Positions 39,101-54,800 of a stretch of 64,000 nt of DNA are shown one piece after another. The stretch is from Balanoglossus misakiensis. Its lineage: Eukaryota; Animalia; Hemichordata. Position 1 is the first letter of the stretch; each line of letters begins with the position of its first letter. The position numbers and the translations under genes are program-made. The stretch is taken from the NCBI GenBank assembly GCA_040954595.2, contig CM082584.2, positions 7,025,919 to 7,089,918 on the forward strand. The letters run 5' to 3'. A model generated the notes under the pieces. The model did not search any database. It was not told the origin of the DNA and worked only from the letters and a program-made list of their open reading frames with translations.

Positions 39101-42100
39101 TGTGCCCGGAGCCAGCAGGATGAAAATCTCATTCCATGTTTTTGACCTGGAAGAGGGTTACGATTTCCTGTACATTGGGAATGGAACAGAAGAGACCAGT
39201 GGAAACCATGCATTTGTAAGTACATGTACATGTGTGGGTGAGGTTTTCGAAAAACTTTGAGCTGAATCCTTCCTGATCCATTCCATACATAGATTTATGT
39301 CTGTTCAAAGAATTGAAAATACAAATAAATTATTCACAGTGATCATTATGAAATACAAAAAAGATACAGCATGCCCTTTGCGAAAACGAATGAAGAAATT
39401 TCTTACTACGGCATAGAAATTCAGTGGCTCTTCAAATGTTGATTTTGACCCTAAAATTTGTTGAAGAAACTATATGTTGTTTTGCCCTTTTTTCATCAGA
39501 CGTTAACAGGTTCTGACCTGCCGAAGGACATCATTTTGAACAGCGGTCAAGCTTGGGTCCGTTTCACGTCCGATTATTCCATCAGTGGAGATGGATTCTA
39601 TCTTACCTTTGAGGAATACACAGAAGGTACAGTACAATGACATGCAGTCGAACCTGTCTACAGTGGCCAGTCAAGGGACTTTCCTAAACTGGCTTTTATA
39701 GACAGGTGGCCTTTATATAGAGGATAATTAACGCACATGTGAATTGGAAAGGGACTGTAACAAAGTGACCACTATATAAAGGTGACTCTCATGAGTCTGT
39801 TGGTGACATCTTCAATTTTATTTTACCAAACGCACATCTCCCAGCGAGATTTTAGCACACAGATAATTCTGAATAATGTTAGCAGGATATGTGCATGTAC
39901 ATGTAAATATAATAATCATCAAAGAAACATACTTGTTTTGATTAATTTGTTTTTCATATCTTTCTGGTGATGATAGAATTTCTGCCTGGAAAAGACTGTG
40001 AAGAAGAAAGCTTAGTATTGAAGCCTGGTTCGACCCTATTCATCCAGTCACAAAACTACCCATTGGCCTACTACAGCAACTCCTGGTGTGTGTGGAAGGT
40101 GACCTCAGAGTCTGGACTGCCAATGACCATCAACTTCAGAGATTTTGCCACCGAGAATGGCTTCGATTGGGTGGACATCGGCGAAGGCAGCGACGAGACG
40201 GACCTGGCGACCCGCCAGTATCAGCTTACGGGGACAGACTACATTCCGCCAGCCTACACAACGTGGAGCAGTTTGTGGATTACTTTCAGTAGTGACGACA
40301 CAATAAACTACAGGGGATTTCTGCTGTACATCACTGAGAGAGAGTGTAAGTGTTGTATTCTGTAATCCATAATATGTTGATTTTGTATTCATTCCAGTAT
40401 TCAACGAGTGAGGCATATTCCATACTTGATACTTGTACATGTATGTCAAGAATGACATGTTTCCAATATCGGATATTATATTATCCGATGCTCTAGCAAT
40501 ATGTAGTTTCACTGACATAAAAAAACAGCAAGACACTAGCAAATTATGAACAAGGCCACCATGATGAAGTTCAGACAAGTAGGAATAGAACTTAGAAGAG
40601 ACATTTACAAAATGACAAGACAAGCTGCCAGACAGGTGGTTTATTTGTATTTTATTGATCAGAGATTAATTTAATTTTCTACAAAGTTTTCTCTCATCAA
40701 TGTTGGGTCCAAAGCCATTCTTTTCTGAAAGATTTGTACATGTTATTACATCAATGTACGTGAGAGGAAATGCAGAAGATACTTATTTATTCAAAATACA
40801 TTCTATACTATAACTACAGCTGAAACTGGAGAACCCAAACCAGATCCGACAGCAACGCCTGTTCCTCAGGATCCCTGCGGAGGACATATCATTGTTCCCG
40901 CCAGTGGCACGGTGAATGCGACGTCTCCAAACTACCCGGATAACTACAATGATAACGCCAACTGTGAATGGACAGTGAATTCCACCACTGGAAGAAGGAT
41001 CAAGGTGACTTTCATTGCCTTTGACACCGAAAAAAGGTTGGTGATTCCTCTTCAGAAAGATGGTAGCAAACAGAGCACTTTCTGATTTTAACAAACTGCT
41101 GCTGTGATTTCTTTCCAGAAAGACGTTGATAAAATCATTTTCGAACTTATTATATATGTACAAACCGTTTCTGGATTCTCCTAGACAGAGAATCAGTTTA
41201 TACAAAATTTACCCCTGTGCATCTCTGGTCTTTCAAATAAAATTTGTGAATAAAAGCCATAATTTTTGTAATGATCTGTTAATCATTTCCAGCAACAAAA
41301 TCTTAGTTTCAAAGTTCTCTTATTTTATAATTACTGGCGTGTTTTTGAAGTCTATAAAATAATTTGGGGACCCTAGAAACATTTATCTGGGTATGCTCCT
41401 TAAATTCATAAAAACCACTGACCATATGTCAATGATGTTTGTTCCCTGCAGGAATGATTATCTGGAACTTGGTGATGGCAATGATGTCACCGACAAATCA
41501 AGCAAATTGGAAGTAATCTCCGGAACAGAAATCCCTCTTCCATTTGTAACACATTCTTCTCAAATGTGGATGAGATTTGTGACTGATGAGAGCGATACAA
41601 GAACAGGATGGCATGTTGAATTTGAAGAAGAGAGAGGTGAGTATAGAATGATAGTCACAATGATTGCAACAATGGGAACTATGTGTACTTTTATTATCTG
41701 TGAGATTGTTTCATGTGGGCAAGAGACCAGATTCTTAATGTGTTTATTGTCTTCATTTTGTCGTAACTTTTATATCAAATGCATGATTGCTCTTCCTCTT
41801 GTTAATAAACAAAATAATGTTTCTTTTTGTTTTTATCAGATTGTGAAGTGGAAGATGTAATTCCTTATGAATTGTTAAAGTTTGGATTTTCTAATAATGA
41901 ATTTTGCACTTGGCTTCTTCAAACATCCGGTGGAAATATAAGAGTGTCAGTCAGACTTTTTACTACAGGTAAATACGAAAAAAATCATTATGCTTTAAAC
42001 AAAGTCTTTTTAATTTCACAAGAGATTGTAAACTTTGGAAAGTACTCATTCAATCTCAAAACTTTCACAACTGCATGTCCTTAGCCCAGTGTGATAGTTT

Positions 42101-45100
42101 GGCAATCCAAAAATATGTACCTGTATACTCTTCTACGTTCTTTGAAATATCCACCAAATCTCATTATATGTCATTAGATTTGGTTGGCTGGTTATATGTA
42201 GACAATACTGATGTACATGATGTTATATTTTGCCTTTCGTAATTCTAAAACAAACTTAACCATCGTTCTTGCCTTCAACATCAGAGCTGTTCTTTGATTG
42301 GTTGGACATTGGTACTGGTACCGACTCTACACACTTAGCAAGTCGTTTGGTACACTGGTCTGGAGACATTGAAGAGAATTATGAGTTTACCATGAACAGC
42401 AGCCAAGCATGGGCAACATTTACAACAGATGATACTAATACTGATGGAATTTTCTATTTGAACTTATATGATGGTAAGTCCATGCTTTATACTGGATGCT
42501 TTCTTTCTCTTTGTTTGTTCACTCACATTGTTATTGTGTTCCTTTGTAATACTACCGTACAAACCATTATCATGATTATTGGCATTCTGGGTGTCACCTG
42601 TTGTCTCCATATGAATTTTGATATTAGGTGTGGAGAATGATTAAACACATAACTCTTGAACCCATCTCAGAAGAAAACATAAAGAAAGGTACCTGCAGGG
42701 TATGGATACAGATAACGCCTTAAAAAGTGTGAATAAAAAACAGATTTATTTCCGTTTTCCTCTAAATAGTGATCAAGTCACATATTTTACATTTTTAACA
42801 AATAAGTGCAAACTCACTGAATAACTAGCATTATAATTGAAATGAAAAAGAAAAAAATTGATGTGAGCAGTGTAAACGCATTGACTGTCAAAACTAATGC
42901 TGATAATTTCCTTTACAGATGCCTGTGTACCTGAGGACCTTACAGATAAAGAAGGCTCCATTAGTTCACCTGGCTACCCCCCAACACCACTTCATTATCC
43001 ACATAACTCAGATTGCATTTGGACTATCAAATATTTACCTGGATATGAGATCACTATCAGTATTGACAGTTTCCAACTTGAATATGGTTATGATAAACTC
43101 TTGATTGGTATTGGCACAGATCCTGATGCACAACCATACACTGTAAGTTCAAAACTGCACAGAACTTTGGAGAGTTACACTGATGGCAAGAATCTTTTGA
43201 ACACCTAAGGGTTTAATACAAATGTATGAAAGTTTTGAAGCAGACCTTGTCCCATTTTATTTTCAATCATTTAAAGTATCAGTGATGAATAATATGCTTT
43301 GGATTTTTGCTTTCTAAATGTAGGAGTTGACAGGAACTATACAACAGGGAGAATCTCGATTAGTGCCCTCACATGAAGTATGGCTGCGATTTAAATCAGA
43401 TTGGAGTGTGACCACGGAAGGATTTGTAATCAACTATGTAGCTGACTGTAAGTATAATTTTATAGTTTCCCAGTGAGTTAGCATTGTAGTATATTCACAC
43501 CAAAAAAAGTACATGTACAGAGTTCAGTACTTTGTGATTCTTTATCTAAACAAATGAATCACGACAAAAAACTTCATTATATTAATTTCTTTAATATTTT
43601 CGAAATGTAAGCATATGTGTGTGTTCAGTGTTTTGCTAAGATACATGTAAATCATTTGGGAACCCCAGTAACACTTGTGATACACACATCACATTAATAT
43701 ACAGCATTGATTTACCAAGGGGAATCACTGTAAACTGACTGGGGAACCCCCGATAACATTAACCAGAGTACCTCCCTTAATAAAAAAAATGTTTAAATAC
43801 ATCAGTATATAGATAGTTACAAATACTTGGCTATAGGAAAATGCTTGCTTCATGTTGGCAAAAAAATTCATTCTGGCATCATGTCTTATGGTTTATGTAC
43901 ACAGGTCCAACTGGGTATATCATCGGTCATGAGCTGAAGTGCTATAAGTTTGTGACAAATCCGCTACCATGGGAAGAAGCAAGGGATGACTGCAGAGACA
44001 CTGGGGATTCTGATCTGGTGATCATAGATGACGTGAATGAGTTAAACTATGTGGAAGGTGAAGTTGGGGCTGACACCAACTACTGGATAGGTAATTTATT
44101 TTGGCTGTTGACGTTTTTGTATCGTTTGTTAACAATAACATCTACTCATGCTGAATCATAACGCCAGTGCTATTAAACTGTACTGGTGTGAGGTCAGCTG
44201 TTAACCCTTTCACCACCATGGTTCAGTCCAAACCCATTGTTTTCTGTGGCAAGGTTGGGCCTCTAAATGAGTGAAAAGGGGGTAAAAGCGTTAACAAACG
44301 AAATTTGAGAACAGAAACACCAACTGACGATAATTCTGTGTACAGCAATCTGTGCATATATATATACGTTTGGGATATGAAAACAGAATAACCAAAGTAC
44401 CGTAATATCAAAAGATAGTGACTCTTCGCTTATTTTCACATATTTTAACAGGTTATTCAGATCGTGCTGTTGAAGGTACCTGGAGATGGATAGATTGTTC
44501 AGAACCAACACAATGGCATCTCGGCCTGTGGGCCAGTGGACAGCCAAGCAATGGCACCGGAGAAGACTGTGGTCGAGCACGGAATGCTCTCTTTTATGAT
44601 GACTTGTGTACAACTAGCTTTGGATATGTCTGCGAGATAAATCCTCACAACAGTGAGTTTTGATTTACTTTGTTTCCCAAATTGTAAAGAGGGTTGATGT
44701 AATGGAATTTAATTACAGATAAATTTGTATACTCACCAAGTTGACACTTTCAATTAAAACAGAGGAGTACCTAGTCAGCAGATGCCATCATTCATCATGT
44801 GAATTAAAATCCCAATTAATTGTCAGTGTGTTTTCTCCAGTTGAATTATTCAATAATACTTGTGCCTACATTTGGGAAGAAGCCTTACAGTTTGGAAATC
44901 TTACGTTTAAGGACTTTAAGGACTCTCATAGTCTGTATTTGCTATTACTTCAACACAAAATGATATATTTGGATGAAAGATATGGTGGACAGAGTACGGT
45001 GCTTCAGGTACTCATCACAAAAAAAGCCATTTTCTTTTATCAAACGTTTTATAATATAAATTTGATTCATACTACATTCACTACACAGGATTTGAATACT

Positions 45101-48100
45101 TCTGACCACATGTGGAACAGAGTATAATTATCTTGTTTTCAAAGTAAGAAACATGTGGTATGTTTTTCATTTGTTCTTCTCTCCGGAATCAGATCTAACA
45201 GAGGAAGACCAGAATGTTCAATCAGTGGACGCCGCAGCGCATTCAACATCTGCGATCGACGTCTGGTGGCAAGTTGCTGGACAACACTGCGACGTGTTGG
45301 GCTACAGGGTCAAGTACCACCGCACCGATTACAGGGGAGGCGTCTGGGTGATTGACGTCGAGGGTGCTGATTCCAGCTCTGTGAGACTCACCAATTTGGA
45401 GTCGTCCACCTGGTATATGATGCACGTGGCTGCTTACACCCACAGGAACCAGCTGGAATACATTCCTGGGTACCCTGTACAAACTTACCAAGGTGGGTAA
45501 ACTCTATGCCCTAATCAAGCCATGCATACAGTAGTTGTGATAGCAATTGCATGTTGTATTGTCAATAGTTATGGTGTGTGCAAAAACTGAAGGGAGGGTC
45601 ACTGTTTAGGTTTGCTCATACAGGTATGATGAAATAATCCATGGTCTTGCTTCATGTGTAGTCCAAGATGGTTTCTTGAATGACTTTTTTTTCAATATAC
45701 TCTGCATGAATCTTGATGACACATTCTTGGAAAATAAGATATGTATAATTTCATTTTGAATTTTTTTTATTTTTAAAATGAACACTTATTAGCTCATTAT
45801 TCTGCAGCAAAGACTGGGTCAATTTTCTAAGTTCGTCTGTTTTTTTTTATGATGTACTTAACAGTGATTAGACCACCTTACCTGATACCTGAACCTATGA
45901 AATGTGGCGGTGAATATGCTGTGAAGAATGACTCTCTTCTCCGCATCATCTCACCAAACTATCCAGATAGATATGACAATCAAGAGGTAAGTTGACCAAG
46001 AAACTGTTTATCATCTGAAGAATTCTAACGCAATACTTCTGTCATTGTTGTTACACATGCATGTACCTCTTAATTAAGAATATGAAATTTCCACATTTTA
46101 AGGCAGTGAAGTACATTTAATATTTTCCATTTCCAATAACAGATGGTTCCCAATCAAAATGCCCATTAAGCAATCCATGTGACAGGATTTTATGCCTAAG
46201 TATGTGACAGTGTAGTAAATAACTTTAAAGGTTAAATAAAAAGATGACTGTTCTCAGAATACAGCAAACAGACTGAGATAAAAGTCTGACAGTCTATGTT
46301 AATTGAAACATTTATTCCAGCACTGCGAATGGTTTGTGAGTGCATCGCCAGGCAAGGTTATAGCCGTACACATCCGTGACTTCAACACAGAGCCCTGGTT
46401 CGACTACCTGGACATCGGTGAAGGGTCGGACAACTCGGACGCGGGCACGAGAGTTCACCATCTCTCCGGGTTCTTCAAGCCGTGGGACTACTGGAACTCA
46501 GAAACCAATGAGCTGTGGCTGACGTTCATCTCAGACGGGTTCATAAGACTGGGGGGTTTCATGCTGGAATTCGAAGAAGTCGATGCAGGTAGGACTGGCT
46601 GATGATACTTTCAGTTGTCCTTGTGCTTTACTCTGTAGCTGTATGCCAGTTTGTCTAATCATCATCCGGACTCAAGTTGATTATTTCAGAGGGGTACCAT
46701 CACTTCAGGATACAGTACCTGTAATAGAAATGTTTCTAGTGGAGAAAAATCAGTATTACGATGCATTATGTAGCAACAGTTTTTAATGTTAAAATGCATG
46801 TAAGCTGTTTGCTTCTTCGGGTCTGCGTCTGCTGATTGGACCTGTGTAATATAATCTTTGCTATTTTCTTTGACTGCAGAGCTCCCGGAGCCCAAACCGT
46901 TGCCAACGGAACCCATTCAGGAAGAATCGTGCGGGGAGAACGTGACAGTACCCACGGGCGGCCAGGAAACCATTCTCTCGCCGAACTACCCGGCCGACTA
47001 CGACGTCAACGAGAACTGCGTGTGGTACGCGGTGTCGGAGAGCGGCGCCCGGATCAACGTGACTTTCGTCGCCTTCGAAACCGAGCTGTACTACGACTGG
47101 CTGACGCTTGGAAACGGGCTGAACCACACTGACCTGTCGACCGGCGATATCGCCGTGTCGGGCTCGCTGACTTCGAGTTCGCTGCAGTGGTACGAGTCGC
47201 ACGGGGACAGGATGTGGTTGACCTTCACCAGTGACTACACCGTCACCATGAGTGGTTTCCAACTTATTTTGAGTGAGATTGACGATTCTGGTGAGTTATT
47301 TTATAAAAATAATTCATTCCAGAGATTAACTCTTCACTTGGTGAAGTTGTATACAAGTGTATCTTTGTCGTGTTTTACAGAATACGATGAGAATGTCTTT
47401 CATGCTCGCTTGACCTCTCTCAAGGAATATGAAAGTTGAATTTAAATTAGAATGTTATCAGTGTATCTGTGCATATGTCATTCTGGACAAAATGCCACAT
47501 GTATACAAAGTTCATCATCCAGTCTATGAAACTACCAAGTAGTACTCTCATTCTAATTTTCAGATAAGACATGTGGTGGTTCACTGACAATAACAGACGA
47601 CAACGGCGTGACTATCACATCTCCAAACTACCCTGACAACTACCAGGGAAGTGACTTCTGTCTGTGGACGGTCAGCCTCGACAGCTCTCTGGCAGGCAAA
47701 TCTATCCTGGTTGTCATCGACGACTTTGCAACAGAATTCGGCTACGATTGGCTGGATGTGGGATCTGGTGGCGACCACCTGGATACATCCTCTGCGTTAT
47801 ACAGGTGGTCTGGCCTGGCCGTTGATGGTTCATTTGCAACTGCGAGCAACGAATTATGGGTTCAGTGGACCACTGATGTCAGTGTCAATCTGAAAGGCTT
47901 TGATGTCCGCTTTGTGCCAGGTATGTGTGATGTGTCTCAGTGATTCATAAGCTAATATATTTACTGAATTCTACAAATCAATCACATTTAAACTAAAGAT
48001 ACAGAAATATTGATGTTTGGAGAGTTGTAAATTATTTTTTTATATAATCAAACAATGTTAACCTAGCTTATTTTTCTGTTAAATTACCCTGTCAAAAAAG

Positions 48101-48732
48101 TACATAAAGTTCACAGTTTCTCAGAGAAGACTAAATGGTCCTGCTTTTTAACAGATGCTAGTTCTTTTTATTAAAGAGGAAATGAGTAATTTTGTCAAAA
48201 TGCAAAAAAAAAAATATGCTAAAGATGGTGAAACGTGATGTGAAGGCAAATTCTAAGTAGCTGGGGTTTTGTCCAGCCACTGATCTTTATTGTCATTGCT
48301 AGAAGCATTTTATTTCACACAACTTGTGTTCTTGCTTGTACAGTTGATCCTTGTGGTGGAGACCATTCTGGTCCAACTGGAAACATCACATCACCAGGAT
48401 TCCCGACAAACTATCCGCATGGCAGTGACTGCCAGTGGACCATCACGGTGGAAGAAGGCTTTGGAATTCTCATCTCATTTGCGGCCTTTGAAGTTGAGGA
48501 AAGTTATGACCACTTGCGCGTTGGCGAAGGACTAGAAGTGGATTTGTCTCAGCATTATGTAAGTTTACAGTGTCGTTCGGTTCAAATGTCATTTGGAAAG
48601 TGATGATGATGGTGATGGTGATGATAATGATGATGATGATGATAATGATGATGGTGATGGTGATGATGATGATGATGGTGATGGTGATGATGATGATGAT
48701 GGTGGTGATGATGATGATGATGATGATGGTGG

Positions 48733-48788
<56 letters not shown>

Positions 48789-48789
48789 C

Positions 48790-48831
<42 letters not shown>

Positions 48832-48832
48832 C

Positions 48833-48872
<40 letters not shown>

Positions 48873-51800
48873 TCATCTGGGTAATTTGCAACTGAAATCC
48901 AGGTGTCATAAAATACACCATGGAACAGTTAAATAATGACATGGCACATTCACACATTAGTACAAAGAAACCTCAACCATACATCTTACATTGCATATGA
49001 TGTTGAAATTTCATGCAGGAACTGACCGGTTCAGAACTACCTAAAGATATCATAATCAACACTCACCAAGCCTGGCTGAGCTTCACATCCGACAGTTCAA
49101 TCAGCTACCAGGGCTTCCACCTGACGTACCAACAATATGCAGAAGGTGAGACTAATAACACTAGCAAATTTAAAAAGATTGTATTGACGAATGTATTGGT
49201 AGTCTTGGAATTTCATCAAACCAAACTCCAATCGTCATCTAGTCCTGTGTTCAAATTTGCAATTGAAGAAAGGGGAGCGTTAAACTGGTATCCCCATGGA
49301 ACCACATGCTGAATTTTTGTTTTACTGGAAAAGATATTTTTTATGATACTGCACTGCCCTGCCTCAGTGAAAATCAATTGAACATCACATTTTATCATTT
49401 GAATATGCGTAATTATATAATATTTAAAAAAAGAACTATGTTTCGTACTTTGTACTGAAATGCATGGGATATTTGAATCAATGTGATTACATGTTAACTT
49501 TCCATTTTTTAGAAATTCCTGAGCCCAAAACATGTGGTTCTTGGTACACACTGAAAAAAGACCAGGCCGTGGTCGTCGAGTCGCCCGACTACCCGCAGGA
49601 CTACGCCGACAACCTGCACTGCGAGTGGAACGTGACCAGCGAGTCGGGACTGCCCATGCTCGTGCAGTACCGGGACTTCGCCACCGAGTTCGGCTTCGAC
49701 TGGCTGGACCTCGGCAACGGTCTGGACGCCGGAGATGTGAACACCCGGATCAACCATCTGTCCGGAGACTTTGCCGTCATGCCGCTGCCCGTCATCTCCG
49801 GCAGCGAGAACATCTGGTTGAGGTTTACCACGGATAACACAAACACCAGGAGAGGCTTCAGGGTAGTGATAACGGAATACAATGAAAGTGAGTGCTTGAA
49901 GAATAAGTTTATTTGTGTGGCATATGAGTGTCAATTCAAGATCATTTATACTATGCATACTGCAAATTTTGCCAAAGTAACATCAGTAACAGTGCCCCTA
50001 TAATTTCTTTATCTCTTTTTAGTTCATCACACCAGCTAGTAGCAGTGTCTTAGGTGCAACTGACTGAATAGGCAGATTGTATAGGGATTTTTCTTTGTAA
50101 TGTCTAAAGGCATAGAAATCTGAATAATAACACATTTTTATCATTGAAAAGACTATGTTGAAGCTAGATACATGTATTTGTGAAATACATGATTTAACTG
50201 TACAGTTAATAAAATACTTGAATATCGTCAAATATGCATTAATAGCTTCAATGTAAATACTGAAGGGCAGATTTTATCTGAAGTTGTCTCCACCACTGAG
50301 TTTAACAAGATAATGCATACTTTTATCTTTCAGCTGAAGTCGTGCCTCCTAAGACCACTCCTGCAGCCCCTTCCACACAACCAACGCCTGTGACACGACC
50401 AACAGAAGAACCATGTGGTGGACATATAGATGTGCCAAACAGTGGTGTAGAATATCTGCTGTCGCCAAATTATCCACAGGACTACGAGAACCGTCTCAAC
50501 TGCGTATGGACAGTCCGTGCTGAACAAGGCAAACGACTGAGTGTCACTTATGTCGACTTTGAAACTGAGCCATGGTAGGTCACATGCACACACTTATATG
50601 GTTTGAGAGCCTGAAATTTTTTCTCTCATCTGCCAGAATGTTTGCTTATCATTGACACAGCCCTTTTAATTTTCATTAACGTCAAAGCTATCTTACAAAT
50701 ATCTGTTCTGTTCAAAATGTTATGTCCAGATTGATGGTAAATGATAAATAATGTAAACTGTACAAAATTAATGTAAACAGTATGTCCTATACAGATTCTA
50801 CTCAAGATGCATCAGCATGCACATTCATGTGTATATTTTGAAATAATAAAAGATGGAAAATATCTTCTTTATCAAAATCAACAACCTTTCGTCGTTCTTC
50901 TATTTCAGGAGAGACGTACTGACAGTTGGTACGGGACAGAACCCGGATTCTGGCATAGTCCGAAGTGATTTCGGAACCAGTTTGCCCAGCGCGTTTGTCA
51001 CAGCAACCAATGAGATCTGGTTCCAATTCACAACCGACCAATCTCTCACCATGAAAGGTTTCAACATCAGCATTGAAGTTGCAGATGGTAAGATTAATTT
51101 CTTGCTATATACAAGCTTACGAAATAGTCACAATTAATAGATGATAATTATGTGTTCTGGACCATGTCATTATGAAAGCGATAATGGTAGATGTTGCAGA
51201 TATTCTGATGATGCTATAGTTTGCACAAGGTCAATTTACTATTTAGACATTAACCAATTCGTCCACTGTATTCACTAAAAGTTATATAGAGAACACACCA
51301 TTTCACCATATTGTTCATATATCTGTTAAATGAAGTTGAGGATTACACTTGTTGCTTATCTGCATACATGTATTTTACAGTTTACTAATAATGTGATGTA
51401 CATGCATGTAAACACAAGACCCAAGTTATGGATAAGTACTATATTGTGCACGATGTTTTGCAGTTTGTGGCAGCAGACTACAGATCGACACAGACGGAGT
51501 ACAGCAAGTGGACCACCCTGATGGAGATGTAGAATATGAAATGAACGAAATGTGTGAGTGGTTCGTCGAAGCTGACTCTGGTCGCAACATCCGAGTGCAT
51601 GTAGTGTCTGTAGATACTGGTAAGTTGTAGCAAGTAAAGGAAAAACGAAAGTGGTCGTATACTCAAAACTGGTCAAACACTACTACATGTATTCCAATGC
51701 AGTTCAGCGAATGTTATATTCATGTAACACATTTTGTCTTATAATAACGTACTTGTTTGAAGTTAGCCATGTGAAGTCAATTCTGAAAATACACTGGACT

Positions 51801-54800
51801 TTATATTAAGTGTATTTATTTTATTTATTTCTTTAGAACCCAACCACGATGTCATCGAGATTGGTGAAGGGAATGACTCGACCGACAGGACCACCCGTCT
51901 CTTGCAAATGTCAGGGTTGCGCACAGAGGAGGTGTTCTATACCCAGAGTAATCTTGTGTGGATGACATTCAAGTCGGATTCCTCCATACAAGAAAACGGA
52001 TTTGTAATTGACTTCTATGATGGTAGGTTTAGAGACATTGAAAGCATTCTTGCAAAAAGAAGAATTTCTGAACTTTGAACATATCCACTTCATAATGGCA
52101 GTGAATCCTGTCCATATTACAAGCTGACTTAGTCAAATGGTAGTATTACATGCATTGCATACCAAGTATCAAAATGTTTATTAAACTGCTAAAATTATTT
52201 TATATATCCAGCAGTTTATTTGACGAAATACAATACTTACCTCTGTGACTTGGATTTCATCCTGTGTGTAAACTAGTTTTTGTCAGACAAGTAGTGAGGT
52301 AAACTATGCATGATACTCTAGTGTCCATGTTCAGACCTTCATGTAAGTCACCAATTTGATGTTGTAGCCATTCCCAAAGCTAAACCCATTTCTAGATCGT
52401 TTCTAAACATATCAAAATGTGCGATTTGTTTCAGATGCGTGCGTACAAGAAGACATAACCACTTTCCCAGGAGACCTGTTATCACCCAACCATCCTGGAA
52501 ACTATCCGTACAACTCTCACTGCATCTGGCAGCTGACGCAACTGGAAGAAAGGCAGATCAGGTTGACATTCAACAGCTTTAGACTTGAGAACAACTACGA
52601 TTTCCTGTACGTGGGTGAAGGCTCAGATCCATACAGCACGCCAGTACTGGTAAGTTTATTATAACCCTTTCTGGGGCCATGGTTTGGTCCAAATCTGTTA
52701 GTTTCTGTGGTAAGATTGTATGTCGATAGAGGGACTGGGGGTGAAAAGGTTAAAATGTGTAAGAGGGGCTTTATTCACCATCTGAATGTATATATCTCAT
52801 TATTTAGCGGGCATTTAAACCTCATTTACTCGTTTTTGTTACAGACATTAACTGGTTATGACCTCCCAGACTTATACATCAGTGAAGGAAATGCTGTTTG
52901 GTTAAGATTTGAAAGTGACTGGTCTATCATTGACTATGGGTTCAACATAACCTATGGCGCAGAGTGTAAGTATCCCAAGAAAACATATGGCAGTTTCCAT
53001 CTCATACTTCTGTCAGCTCCTTGTCTTCTTCTATGCATTAGGACCAACTAGAAAACACAGAACTTTGAGATTTTTTTATTAGGGATTTTTTCTAAAGTTT
53101 TAGTACACTAAAGCTGTTTGGTGTATACATATATTTCCTTGAATGACTTCACATAATTCTTAATCTTTCTGAAATAATTCCTGATCTGGACATCAAACAG
53201 GTCCTGTGGGGTACGAGTCTGGTCACGACTTCAAGTGTTACCGCTATGTCAGAGATGATCCTCTACCATGGGAAGACGCTAGAGACAGCTGCATGGAAGA
53301 AGAAGGCAGCGATCTGGTGGTTTTAGAAACAGAAGATGAATACACCTTCTTGCATGCGGAGATGAATCTGAACGAGTATTGGATAGGTAAGGTGGAACGT
53401 AATAGCCAAGTGGAAGTTCAAGTCTCTATTTCCTCACTGTTTCTGTACATAAGTGGTAATGTGGGGTGAATTGAATTTTTACCTAATTTTATTTTGGCTC
53501 TAAAATTGTTGTGTTCAGTTTTCACCAAACCATACTTTACATGTATATTTATACTCTGTACCATTTTTGCTGAAAAATTTAACACTAGCTGAAAGTGTAT
53601 AAAGAGCTAAGACAATAAAAATAAAGCTTGTTGATTATGGCCAAATCTCTGAATTCAATCTCTTATATCAAATCTCAGTGAAATTTTTAGACTGCTTTAC
53701 GATGCAAAACAGATTTCATTTAAGTGTAAACTTAGCATTTAGCATTGAAATGTATGTAAAAGGTTCAATTTGGGCATTGACAGACTCCATGTGTTGAGCA
53801 ATGGTGTCTATCTACATGTATGTGTGTGGTGCTGTTTTTCAGGCGTGTCAGACAGATCTATAGAGGGTGACTTCAGATGGGTTGACTGTTCAGTTCCCGA
53901 GGAGTGGCAGCTACAACTGATAGGTGATGCAAACTCACAAGCCCAGGACTGTGGACTTGTGTATAATCTGACAACTTGGATTCCAAGGGATTGTCAGCAG
54001 TCTCTGCCATACATCTGTGAATTATCACCTAAGAGTGAGTAGCCTTATGACAAACAAGTTGATCAGGAGTTACATTTAGCTGAATTTTTTTTCACGATGG
54101 TGATGAATTTGAGGAGTGTTGGAGAGGTTACAAAAACTATGCTACCATTGTTGAGGCTTCACACACAACAATTCTAATTTTGACAACTCTGTACTTCATC
54201 GTTTCCTTCCTGCAGACTTCACCCTTGACGACCAGAACGTGAAGAGCGTGGACGCAGTGGCGCTCTCTGCGTTCAGCATCCACGTCACCTGGGAATTGGC
54301 TCCTCTGAGATGCGACATACTGGGCTACAGACTCAAGTATCATCGACTTGACTACGTCGGTGGCGTTTTCACAATTGACATCCCGGATGCTGACAGCAAT
54401 GAGTATACGCTGGTTAATTTGCAGTCGTCCACTTGGTATGTGGCAGCTGTGGCTGGCTACACCAGTAGTACCCTGCTGGATTATGTAGAGGCAGATCCTG
54501 TCCAGACCTTTGAAGGTAAGTCTAGCTCAACCTTTGAAAGCCAGTTTTCTGTGTCATCTGCTGAAATTTATTTTCAATGCGAGAGACAGCTAACTTTATC
54601 TTTCGTTGTTTAAGAGGACAGAAATTGGCCAAAATACATGTGCCATCAACATATTTAATAAAAAAGGGAAACATTTAATTTTCCTTTCCCATTTTGAAAA
54701 TGTAACCACACTCCCTCTATTACATAGAAGGAGTGTGATGTAATAGTGATGTTGTCTGATGGATTAATGTCAAATTTTGATCTGCCTGTACCTTGCGATT

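Noticed and set aside
48570-48957. Poly-Asp / poly-Met / poly-Ser ORFs resembling acidic biomineralisation proteins
   Set aside because: Translation of an intronic (GAT)n microsatellite between the two halves of a CUB domain.
49509-49958. Long antisense or alternate-frame ORFs over CUB exons (also 46861-47262, 56066-56422, 38332-38721)
   Set aside because: Shadows of GC3-rich coding exons.
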